A DNA stretch of 64,000 nucleotides. Origin: an uncultured Clostridia bacterium (GTDB lineage Bacteria; Bacillota; Clostridia; TANB77; CAG-508). The notes below the pieces were generated by a model. The model was not told where the DNA came from and made no database searches. It was given only the letters and a program-made list of their open reading frames with translations. Location of the stretch: positions 85,938-149,937 of the forward strand of contig CAKPIG010000002.1 of NCBI GenBank assembly GCA_934162255.1. The letters are read 5' to 3'. Positions 28,537 to 36,864 of the stretch are shown piece after piece. The first letter of the stretch is position 1; each line of letters begins with the position of its first letter. Both the position numbers and the translations under genes were made by a program.

Positions 28537-30174
28537 ATGGATGTAAGAAAACGTCAACCAATAGGAATAGAACTTGTAAAAAGAGGAATAGTAAAAGAAT
28601 CAGATATAGAAAATGCTTTGCTAGAGCAAAAGAAAAATCCTAATAAAAAAATAGGAGAAATTTTAAATGAATTAAAAGTATGTGATTCACAAATATTAAT
28701 AGAAGCAATTGGAGATATAATAGGTGTAAAAGGCATGATATTAAGCCAATCACAAATAAAAATTGAAGTATTAGATTATGTTTCATTAGAAATTGTAAGA
28801 AAAAATAGAATGGTTCCATTTGAAATAGAAAATGGAAAAATAAAAGTATGTTTTGCAGATACAACAAATACAAGAAATATAGAAACAGTAAGATTATTAA
28901 TGTTAAATAAAGGCCTAATAATAGACCCATATATCACATTTGGAAGTATTATTGATGAAATAATAAGTAAATTAGGTGGTTCTGTAGATAAAGACATGTC
29001 AAGAATAGGACAAGATAATAATATAACAGAAATAGTTGATACAATAATAAAAACAGCTATGGAAAAAAGAGCAAGTGATATTCACATCGAACCATTAAGA
29101 GATGAAATAAGAATTAGATACAGAATAGATGGAGAATTGTTTACAGAAACTACACTTCCAAAATCTAAACAACCTCAAATAATAGGAAGATTAAAAGCAA
29201 TTTCTAATATGCATCAAGAAAAACAAGAATCACAAGATGGTAGAATCTTATTATATGATGATTATAATATCCGTGTATCTTCTCAAAAAAACGTATGTGG
29301 AGAAAAATTTGTATTAAGACTATTAAAAAAGAATACAAATATTAGAAATATATTTGAACTTGGATATCCAGGAACAGAACAAAGTTTAAATAAGAGTATA
29401 AACAAAAGAAATAGTATAACAGTAATTGCAGCTCCTACAGGAGAAGGAAAAACAACATCATTATATAGTTTCATTGATTATTTGAACAAACCAGAAATAA
29501 ATATAACAACAATTGAAGACCCTGTTGAAATACGTATAGATGGTCTAAACCAAATAGAAATTGATTCAAAAGCAACATTTTCAGACTCTTTAAGAACAGT
29601 ATTAAGACAAGATCCTGATATTATTCTAGTTGGAGAAATAAGAGATAAGGAAACTGCTGAAATTGCAATACAAGCAGGACAAACAGGACATTATGTATTA
29701 TCAACAATACACACAATTGATGCAATAGAAGTAATCACAAGATTAAGAAAAATAGGATTGACAGATTATGATATAGCAAGTACACTTGCAACAAGTATTT
29801 CACAAAGACTATTAAGAAAATTATGTCCACATTGTAGACATGAAAGAGAATTCACTCAAGAAGAAAGAGATATAATCGCAAGTATTGGTCAAAGATATAA
29901 TGTAGAATTTGACTTAAATGGAAAAACAACATTTGATGCAATTGGATGTGATAAATGTAATAATACAGGTTATTATGGAAGAACAGGAATATTTGAAATA
30001 CTTGATATAACAGATGATATAAAAGAACTTATAATGAAAGGTGCATCAAGTATCGAAGTAAAAAGACAAGCACTAACAGGAAGTTATAAGCCACTTTGCA
30101 TAGATGGAATTAACAAAATACTAAATGGAGTTACAAATTTAGAAGAATTAAATAGAAAAATACTATTATTTTAA
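28537..30174 (+). CDS. pilB: type IV pilus assembly ATPase PilB (GspE family)
   Basis: 545 aa. N-terminal T2SSE_N/MshEN-like domain, Walker A APTGEGKTT, the Asp box/His box region (ILVGEIRD, GH.VLST.HT) and a tetracysteine motif (CPHC...CDKC). Confidence 0.92.
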   Translation: MDVRKRQPIGIELVKRGIVKESDIENALLEQKKNPNKKIGEILNELKVCDSQILIEAIGDIIGVKGMILSQSQIKIEVLDYVSLEIVRKNRMVPFEIENGKIKVCFADTTNTRNIETVRLLMLNKGLIIDPYITFGSIIDEIISKLGGSVDKDMSRIGQDNNITEIVDTIIKTAMEKRASDIHIEPLRDEIRIRYRIDGELFTETTLPKSKQPQIIGRLKAISNMHQEKQESQDGRILLYDDYNIRVSSQKNVCGEKFVLRLLKKNTNIRNIFELGYPGTEQSLNKSINKRNSITVIAAPTGEGKTTSLYSFIDYLNKPEINITTIEDPVEIRIDGLNQIEIDSKATFSDSLRTVLRQDPDIILVGEIRDKETAEIAIQAGQTGHYVLSTIHTIDAIEVITRLRKIGLTDYDIASTLATSISQRLLRKLCPHCRHEREFTQEERDIIASIGQRYNVEFDLNGKTTFDAIGCDKCNNTGYYGRTGIFEILDITDDIKELIMKGASSIEVKRQALTGSYKPLCIDGINKILNGVTNLEELNRKILLF

Positions 30175-30194
30175 TACTAAGGGGGAAATGTCTA

Positions 30195-31301
30195 ATGGTT
30201 AATATGGACAAAATAATTGAACAAGCAATAGAAAAGGACGCATCAGATATACATTTAATGTCTGGATTAAAACCAATGTTTAGAATTACAAGAGCATTAG
30301 TGGAAGCAGAAAATACAGAAATTTTAAAAGATGAAGATATGTATGAAATATATGATTATATCGTAAAAGGAAATGTAGATAAAGATAAAGTATTTACAGA
30401 AACACGAAAATTGGATACATCTTATGAATTCAATGATATTCGTTTAAGGGTAAATATTTCATATGCAAATGAAGTTCCAATTTGTACAATGAGACTTATA
30501 AAAAATGAGCTACCAGCATATGAAGACTTAGGAGTTCCTGATATAGTAAGAAGAATGACATATCAACCACAAGGATTAATACTTGTAACAGGAAAAACAA
30601 ACTCAGGTAAATCAACAACATTAAATGCATTAGTAAATCATATAAATGAAACACAAAATAAGAAAATATTATCATTAGAAAGCCCTATAGAATATAAGCA
30701 CAAATCAAAAAATTCAATGATAGTACAAAAAGAAGTAGGACCAGGAAGAGATTGTTTGACATATCATGATGGTGTAAAAAATGCATTAAGAGAAGACTGC
30801 GATATTCTAGTAATAGGAGAGATTAGAGACAAAGTAACAATGGAAGCTGCAATAGAAATGGCAGAATCAGGACACTTAGTAATAGGTACACTTCATACAA
30901 AATCATGTGCAGAAACAATAGACAGAATGATAAACTTCTATGAAGTAAGAGACCAATCTCAAATAAAATATTTATTATCAGCATTATTAAAACTTGTAAT
31001 ATCACAAAGATTACTAGTTGGAACTTCAGGAAAACTTGAATTAGTACCAGAAGTAATGGTTGTAGATAATATAGTAGCAGGTGTTATGAGAAAAGAAAAA
31101 ATAAGTGTATCTGAAATAGAAGATGCAATTCAAAGTGGTCAAGAAAAAGGAAGTATCAGCTTAATAAACTCAATAGCACAACTATTTGTAGATAACAAAA
31201 TAACTCTAGAACAAGCAAAAATGCAAGTTGAAGAGAAAAATATTGAAACATTAAACAGAACGATTATGCAATTAAAAATAAAAAAAGGAAATAATTTTTA
31301 G
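30195..31301 (+). CDS. pilT: type IV pilus retraction ATPase PilT
   Basis: 368 aa. ASDIHL, Walker A GKTNSGKSTT, ILVIGEIRD and GHLVIGTLHT match. It lacks the N-terminal domain of PilB. Confidence 0.9.
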   Translation: MVNMDKIIEQAIEKDASDIHLMSGLKPMFRITRALVEAENTEILKDEDMYEIYDYIVKGNVDKDKVFTETRKLDTSYEFNDIRLRVNISYANEVPICTMRLIKNELPAYEDLGVPDIVRRMTYQPQGLILVTGKTNSGKSTTLNALVNHINETQNKKILSLESPIEYKHKSKNSMIVQKEVGPGRDCLTYHDGVKNALREDCDILVIGEIRDKVTMEAAIEMAESGHLVIGTLHTKSCAETIDRMINFYEVRDQSQIKYLLSALLKLVISQRLLVGTSGKLELVPEVMVVDNIVAGVMRKEKISVSEIEDAIQSGQEKGSISLINSIAQLFVDNKITLEQAKMQVEEKNIETLNRTIMQLKIKKGNNF

Positions 31302-31316
31302 GTAAGGGAGAGAACA

Positions 31317-32660
31317 ATGCCAGTATATGTATATAAAGCAGTAACAGATAAAGGTCTAATTGTAAAAAACAAGGTTGAAGAACCTAGTAAACAAGACTTG
31401 ATAAAAAAACTAAAAAACAATGATATTACACCAATTGAAATAATTCAAGTTGCATACAAGAAAAAAACAAGACAGAAAAAGAATGTTACTAATATAAAAG
31501 ACATTATAAAAGATGTAAATACAACACAATTAGATAGAAGAATGCCAGCAAAGCAAATATCAGCTATTGAAAAGCTAAACTTATATTTGGCTGCGACAGA
31601 AAAAGTAAAAACCAGAGATATAATAATTTTTACAGAAAACTTTTATTTATTAAAAAAGGCAAATTTCAATAATATTCACGCATTAAATACGATTATAAAA
31701 AGTACAGAGAATATCTCATTAAAAGGTATATTAGAAGATGTATTAGCAGGAGTAGAAGCTGGAGAGTATATGTATACAACATTGGAATATTATTCAGATG
31801 TATTTCCATTCATATATATAAATATGATAAAAGTAGGGGAATTATCAGGTTCATTAACAAATTCTTTAGGCCAAGCAGTAAAATATCTAGAAGATAATGA
31901 AAGAATAACAAAAAGGATAAAAAGTATAGTAATACCAAATATTATACAATTTGTTGTAATATTAGCATTGTTAATAGGAGGAACACTATTTGCAATACCA
32001 CAAATTCAAAACCTATTTGATGAAATAGGATCACAAGCTACATTACCAAAAATAACATTGTGGTTCCAGAGTTTTATAAATCTGGTGTTAAAATATTGGT
32101 ATATACCAGTACTCGTAATAGCTGGAGTAATAGCAGCAATATTAACATATGTTAATACACCAGTAGGAAAATATAAATACCATTATTTTAAATACACAAT
32201 GCCTGTATTTGGAAAATTAATATTCTCACTAGAATTTTCAAGATTAATGAAAGCAATGCACTTAAACCTAGAAAATGGAATGAGAATTCAAGAAGCATTA
32301 GATGTAAGTAAATCAGTAAGTAAAAACTATGTAATGTTATCAATAGTTGAAACATCAATAAACAATATGTTAACAGGTTATTCATGGATAGATCCATTTG
32401 AAAAATCAGGATTTTGCTCTCCAATGATAACAGAAATGTTAAGAATAGGAATGCAAACAGATATAACAGAAATGTTAGGAAAATTGCTAGAATACATGGA
32501 TATGGACATAAACAACACAATAAATAGAGTAATGAAAGTATTACCTGAAATTGCTTATTCAATTGTAGGTATAGTATTAATATTCTTCGTATGTGTAGTT
32601 TTAGTACCAGTAATTCAAGTATACATGGGAAACTTCTTATTCTCAGCATATGGAGTTTAA
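31317..32660 (+). CDS. pilC: type IV pilus platform protein PilC (GspF family)
   Basis: 447 aa. Shows the duplicated GspF-domain pattern with three or more TM segments. Follows pilB/pilT. Confidence 0.88.
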   Translation: MPVYVYKAVTDKGLIVKNKVEEPSKQDLIKKLKNNDITPIEIIQVAYKKKTRQKKNVTNIKDIIKDVNTTQLDRRMPAKQISAIEKLNLYLAATEKVKTRDIIIFTENFYLLKKANFNNIHALNTIIKSTENISLKGILEDVLAGVEAGEYMYTTLEYYSDVFPFIYINMIKVGELSGSLTNSLGQAVKYLEDNERITKRIKSIVIPNIIQFVVILALLIGGTLFAIPQIQNLFDEIGSQATLPKITLWFQSFINLVLKYWYIPVLVIAGVIAAILTYVNTPVGKYKYHYFKYTMPVFGKLIFSLEFSRLMKAMHLNLENGMRIQEALDVSKSVSKNYVMLSIVETSINNMLTGYSWIDPFEKSGFCSPMITEMLRIGMQTDITEMLGKLLEYMDMDINNTINRVMKVLPEIAYSIVGIVLIFFVCVVLVPVIQVYMGNFLFSAYGV

Positions 32661-32682
32661 ATAAAATAAAAAATGCATTTAT

Positions 32683-32716
32683 AGGACATCCTAGTCGAAT
32701 AAAGATAGGGTGTCCT
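32683..32716 (+). terminator. hairpin terminator after pilC
   Basis: 11-bp stem aggacatccta...tagggtgtcct (one G-T pair) immediately after the pilC stop. Confidence 0.5.
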
Positions 32717-32738
32717 AAATTCATAGAAAGGGATATAA

Positions 32739-33623
32739 ATGAAAATAGGAATAGACTTAGGCGGAAGTCATATAGGAATAGGATTAGTAAATGAAAATGG
32801 AGAAATAATTCAAAAAGAAGAAAAATACTTAACAGGAGAAAAAGAATTACAAAAAACTATAGAAGAATTTATAATTGAAAAAGTAATGCAAATATGTATT
32901 GCAAATGATATAGAAAGTATAGGAATCGCAATACCAGGAACAGTATCAGAAAATAAAATAATAAAAGCAGTAAATTTGGGATTAGAAAATTATGATTTAG
33001 CAAAACAAATAGAAGAATTCATACATATACCAGTCAAATTAAAAAATGATGCAAAATGTGCAGCACTTGCTGAGCAAAAATATGGGGAATTGAAAGAATA
33101 TGAAGATAGTATATTCTTATGTATTGGAACAGGAGTAGGAAGTGCAGTAATATTTAATGGAAAACTTTTAGAACCTAAAGGAGTTCCAGGTTTTGAATTC
33201 AGTCATACAATAATTCAAAAAAATGGAATATTATGCAACTGTGGAAAAAGAGGATGTTTTGAAACATATGCAAGTATAAAACGATTCAAAGAAAAAATCT
33301 CAAAAGAATATAATTTAAATACTATTAGTGGTAAAGTAATAAGAGCATTCATATTAGAACATCCTGAAGACATAAAATTACAAAACATGTTAAAAGAATA
33401 CATAGAAGACTTGAGTATAGGAATATCAAACTTCATAAATATATTTGAACCAGAAGCAATATGTATAGGAGGAAGTTTTGCTGAATATGAAAAAATCTTA
33501 TACAAACCTTTGAAAGATGAGTTATTACATGGAAACTTGCTATTTAACAAAAGAGATGATATAATAATAAAACATGCAAAATTAGGAAATGATGCAGGAA
33601 TAATAGGATCAACACTAATTTAA
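32739..33623 (+). CDS. ROK family glucokinase
   Basis: 294 aa. MKIGIDLGGSHIG N-terminal ATP motif and the CNCGKRGCFETY zinc motif are ROK signatures. Confidence 0.85.
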   Translation: MKIGIDLGGSHIGIGLVNENGEIIQKEEKYLTGEKELQKTIEEFIIEKVMQICIANDIESIGIAIPGTVSENKIIKAVNLGLENYDLAKQIEEFIHIPVKLKNDAKCAALAEQKYGELKEYEDSIFLCIGTGVGSAVIFNGKLLEPKGVPGFEFSHTIIQKNGILCNCGKRGCFETYASIKRFKEKISKEYNLNTISGKVIRAFILEHPEDIKLQNMLKEYIEDLSIGISNFINIFEPEAICIGGSFAEYEKILYKPLKDELLHGNLLFNKRDDIIIKHAKLGNDAGIIGSTLI

Positions 33624-33646
33624 TAAAAGGAGACATAAAAGCAAAA

Positions 33647-34951
33647 ATGAAAAGAGTAAGTTTTTACACACTAGGATGTAAAGTAAATCAATATGAAACA
33701 AATGGAATGACGCAAAAATTCAAAGAAGCAGGATATGAAATAGTAGATGTAAATGATGATATTTCAGATGTATGTATAGTTAATACATGTACAGTCACAA
33801 ACATGTCTGACAGAAAATCAAGACAATTATTAAGAAGAGTAAAAGAAAAAAATCATCAAGCAATAATAGTAGCTGTGGGATGTTATGCACAAGTTGCAAA
33901 AGAAGAGCTACAGAAAATGGAAGAGATAGACATAGTATTAGGAAATGAAGAAAAAAAAGATATTGTAAATTATATAGAAGAATACTTCAAACAAAATCAT
34001 AAATTAATAGAAGTTCAAGATATAGCTTCACAAAAAGAATTTTCAGACATGGGGCAAATAACATATACTGAAAAGACTAGAGCAGTAATAAAAGTGCAAG
34101 ACGGATGTAACCAATTCTGTTCATACTGTATAATTCCATATGCAAGAGGAAGAGTTAGAAGTAGAAAAATAGAAAGTATAATAAAAGAAATAGAACAAAT
34201 TGCTCAAAAAGGAATAAAAGAAGTTGTAATAACAGGAATTCATATTGCATCATATGGAAAAGATTTTGAAAAAGAAGATGGATTAATAGAATTATTAGAA
34301 GAAATAAACAAAGTAGAAGGAATAAAAAGAATAAGACTAGGCTCTTTAGAGCCTAAAATAATAACTGAAGAATTCATGAAAAGATTAATAAAGTTAGAAA
34401 AAATATGCCACCATTTCCATCTATCTTTACAAAGTGGATGTGATGAAACACTTAAAAGAATGAACAGAAAATACACAACTCAAGATTTAACAGAAATAAT
34501 GGAAAGACTAAGAAGATATTACACAGATGTAATGCTTACAACTGACATTATTGTAGGATTTCCAGGAGAAACAGAAAGTGAATTTGAAAAAACATATAAA
34601 TTTTTAGAAAAAGCCAAATTTTATAAAATGCATGTATTCCAATATTCTCAAAGAAAAGGAACAAGAGCTGCAGTAATGCCAAACCAAGTAGATGGAAATA
34701 TAAAAGAAAAAAGAAGCAAAGAGCTTATAGAAATGTCAAACAAATATCAAAAAAAATATAACGAAAAATATATTGGAAAAGAAGTAGAGGTACTTTTTGA
34801 AGAAAAAGAAGAAATCAACAATGAGATTTATTACAAAGGACATACACAAAATTACATAATGGTAAAATATAAAACAAATGAGGAAAAACTTGAAAATGTA
34901 CTAAAAAGAGTTACACCTCAAATTGCTGAAACAGAGTTTATTATTGCATAA
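33647..34951 (+). CDS. mtaB: tRNA (N6-threonylcarbamoyladenosine-37-C2)-methylthiotransferase MtaB (radical SAM)
   Basis: 434 aa. UPF0004 N-domain (F.TLGCKVNQYE, NTCTVT), radical SAM CxxxCxxC (CNQFCSYC) and a TRAM-like C-terminus. Confidence 0.88.
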   Translation: MKRVSFYTLGCKVNQYETNGMTQKFKEAGYEIVDVNDDISDVCIVNTCTVTNMSDRKSRQLLRRVKEKNHQAIIVAVGCYAQVAKEELQKMEEIDIVLGNEEKKDIVNYIEEYFKQNHKLIEVQDIASQKEFSDMGQITYTEKTRAVIKVQDGCNQFCSYCIIPYARGRVRSRKIESIIKEIEQIAQKGIKEVVITGIHIASYGKDFEKEDGLIELLEEINKVEGIKRIRLGSLEPKIITEEFMKRLIKLEKICHHFHLSLQSGCDETLKRMNRKYTTQDLTEIMERLRRYYTDVMLTTDIIVGFPGETESEFEKTYKFLEKAKFYKMHVFQYSQRKGTRAAVMPNQVDGNIKEKRSKELIEMSNKYQKKYNEKYIGKEVEVLFEEKEEINNEIYYKGHTQNYIMVKYKTNEEKLENVLKRVTPQIAETEFIIA

Positions 34952-35069
34952 TAAATATTACAAATGTAATAATTTTGTAATACAAATTTAATATAAATGT
35001 ACTTGATATATTATGAAAAATGTTATATAAATAATATGAATTAATTATACTACAAAGGAGGAATTAATT

Positions 35070-35369
35070 ATGGCAAATATAGAAGAAATTGCAGGAGTAT
35101 ACGGAGGAGTAAAAACAGAAGAAACAGCTAGTAATATAGGTTTCGGAGAACAAAATGCTATTCCTACTACAGAAAATGCAGGAACACAATTACCAGCAAA
35201 AAGAGGATTCTGGGATAAAGTTAAAGCAGTTCTATTCTATGAAATAAAAGTTGAATTAACACCTCAACAACAAAAAGTAGAAGATGAAATAAACGAATTC
35301 TTACACCAAGAAGTTACTTGGTCAAAAGTAAAAGATTTCCTATTCCAAGAAATAACATTTGGAAAATAA
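35070..35369 (+). CDS. hypothetical protein
   Basis: 99 aa with a good RBS (aaaggagg) and its own terminator. No family recognised. Confidence 0.5.
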   Translation: MANIEEIAGVYGGVKTEETASNIGFGEQNAIPTTENAGTQLPAKRGFWDKVKAVLFYEIKVELTPQQQKVEDEINEFLHQEVTWSKVKDFLFQEITFGK

Positions 35370-35390
35370 GTGAAAATGAAATAAAAGTAG

Positions 35391-35424
35391 AGACAGAAAA
35401 ATATAAATTATTCTGTCTTCTTTT
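35391..35424 (+). terminator. intrinsic terminator
   Basis: Hairpin agacagaa...ttctgtct followed by tctttt. Confidence 0.65.
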
Positions 35425-35506
35425 AGTTTATATTTTAGCATATATTTTTGTTTATAAAAAAATTGCAAAAAAGTTGTAAAAAAAATAAAAAATTACAAAA
35501 AAACTA

Positions 35507-35535
35507 TTGACAATTAATAAAAAATAGATTATACT
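35507..35535 (+). promoter_or_regulatory. sigma-A type promoter for the tRNA pair, with upstream A-tract (UP-like) region
   Basis: TTGACA (35507-35512), a 17-nt spacer, then TATACT (35530-35535). Phased A-tracts lie at 35460-35505. Confidence 0.55.
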
Positions 35536-35574
35536 TAGACTTGCGTTAGACAGTTAGTCTAAACGCAAAAATAT

Positions 35575-35651
35575 GCTCCCATAGCTCAGTTGGTCAGAGC
35601 AACCGGCTCATAACCGGTGGGTCCTAGGTTCAAGTCCTAGTGGGAGCACCA
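35575..35651 (+). tRNA. tRNA with CAT anticodon (elongator Met or lysidine-modified Ile2; loop CTCATAA favours Ile2)
   Basis: Cloverleaf read by hand: acceptor GCTCCCA/TGGGAGC, D arm GCTC-AGTTGGTCA-GAGC, anticodon stem ACCGG/CCGGT with loop CTCATAA, T arm CTAGG-TTCAAGT-CCTAG, encoded CCA. G1-C72 pairs, so it is not an initiator. Confidence 0.9.
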
Positions 35652-35683
35652 TTTTTTTATTATATTGCATAATAAAAAAATTT

Positions 35684-35983
35684 GGACAGGTGGCCGAGTG
35701 GCTAAAGGCGGCAGACTGTATGCTTTGCTTGTAAAAGCAGAAATTGCAGCTCATACAAGAAATTGTATGATGAAAACTAGGCTAATTCGGGGAAGTCTTA
35801 ACAGGCTATGCTGATGATAATCCCGAGCTAGGAAGAAAATCCGAGTGTAGAGACTTTATACCTGGCATCTGAAAAGATGAAGAGAAAGTCCAGACTACAA
35901 ACCATAATGGGTAGTGAAAACTATAGTAGTAAGAAATCTGTTCTCATTTGAGTACGATGGTTCGAATCCATCCCTGTCCACCA
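35684..35983 (+). tRNA. tRNA-Tyr(GTA), class II, interrupted by a 214-nt intron in the anticodon
   Basis: The 5' exon is GGACAGGTGGCCGAGTGGCTAAAGGCGGCAGACTGT. The 3' exon is AAATCTGTTCTCATTTGAGTACGATGGTTCGAATCCATCCCTGTCCACCA. Joined, they give a canonical bacterial tRNA-Tyr with anticodon loop CTGTAAA, long variable arm CTCA-TT-TGAG, T loop TTCGAAT and encoded CCA. Confidence 0.85.
35720..35933 (+). ncRNA. group I intron (IC3-like, tRNA-type), no internal ORF
   Basis: The 5' exon ends in U (35719) and the intron ends in G (35933). The intron element GCAG (35737-35740) can pair with exon CUGU, giving the U-G wobble at the splice site. Core strings AATTCGGGGAAGTC, CCCGAGCTAGG and GTGTAGAGACT...AGTCC closely resemble my memory of the Azoarcus tRNA-Ile intron core (AAUUCGGCGAAACC, GCCGAGCCAAG, GUGUAGAGACU). 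Confidence 0.75.
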
Positions 35984-35992
35984 TATTAAAAG

Positions 35993-36031
35993 CCGTAGAA
36001 ACATTGAGATATCAATAATTCTACGGTTTTT
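35993..36031 (+). terminator. intrinsic terminator after tRNA-Tyr
   Basis: Hairpin ccgtagaa...ttctacgg followed by ttttt. A second hairpin-plus-T-tract (cctctttc-atc-gaaagagg tttctttttt) follows at 36087-36116. Confidence 0.6.
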
Positions 36032-36203
36032 ATAATGTAATTTTAATGCAACTAGATATTTTTAAAGTAAAGTAATATTTTCTTTCCCTCTTTCATCGAA
36101 AGAGGTTTCTTTTTTATAAAAATTGAAAAATATAAATACTTGTTTTTATACAAATTTTATGATATAAATAAGGAAAATTTGCAATTTTCGAATGGAGGAG
36201 ATT

Positions 36204-36587
36204 ATGATTTTTGATACCAATAAAGAAAAAGGAAATGCAGGATTAGGAATTGCTATTGCATATTATAGTGCTAATGGATATATAGTATCTATTCCATTAA
36301 ATGATACTCAAGACTATGATTTAATTGTTGATAAAAATAATAAATTAAAGAAAGTCCAAGTTAAAGCAACATCTTGTAAAACAAAATATGATAAATACCA
36401 AGTTGCGTTAAAAAGTTGCGGAGGAACAAAAGGGAAAACTTATAAAACAATAATAGATACTAATGTAGATGAAGTATTTATTATTACAGATAAAATGGAT
36501 TTATTTTTATTACCAATAGATAAAATAAAGAATAAGTCAACTATTAATTTATGTGAAAAATATAATGATTATAGAGTAAATATATAA
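36204..36587 (+). CDS. PD-(D/E)XK endonuclease-like protein (PF11645-like, the family of the tRNA-intron homing endonuclease I-Ssp6803I)
   Basis: 127 aa from the ATG at 36204 (RBS ggaggag). The pattern G..G..IA..Y....GY.VS.P......YDLIVD....L.KVQVK, followed by VDEVFIIT....FLLPIDKI, matches the family layout I remember: catalytic Asp in YDLIVD, then a (E/Q)VK motif. Confidence 0.55.
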   Translation: MIFDTNKEKGNAGLGIAIAYYSANGYIVSIPLNDTQDYDLIVDKNNKLKKVQVKATSCKTKYDKYQVALKSCGGTKGKTYKTIIDTNVDEVFIITDKMDLFLLPIDKIKNKSTINLCEKYNDYRVNI

Positions 36588-36636
36588 TAATATACTATAA
36601 TTATAAAAAATGTAAAGAAACCATGCCATAGCAAAT

Positions 36637-36665
36637 TTGACAAAAATAAAAAAAAATGTTATAAT
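36637..36665 (+). promoter_or_regulatory. consensus sigma-A promoter for rnj, leaving a leader of about 190 nt
   Basis: TTGACA (36637-36642), a 17-nt spacer, then TATAAT (36660-36665). Confidence 0.6.
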
Positions 36666-36864
36666 TCTACTCAGGTTGCCAAAAGGCAAAGAAGAGATTT
36701 TATTTTAATGTATTAAAAAAAGAGAGAAAGCAAATAATAAAAGAGCGGAAACTAAATACATATAAAACTTAATTAGGCATGAAAGAGCGGTAGTTCATGT
36801 TTATTTAAAGTTTTTTTAGTCGTACATTAATAAAATTAAATAAACAAAAAGAGAGGAGAAAAAT

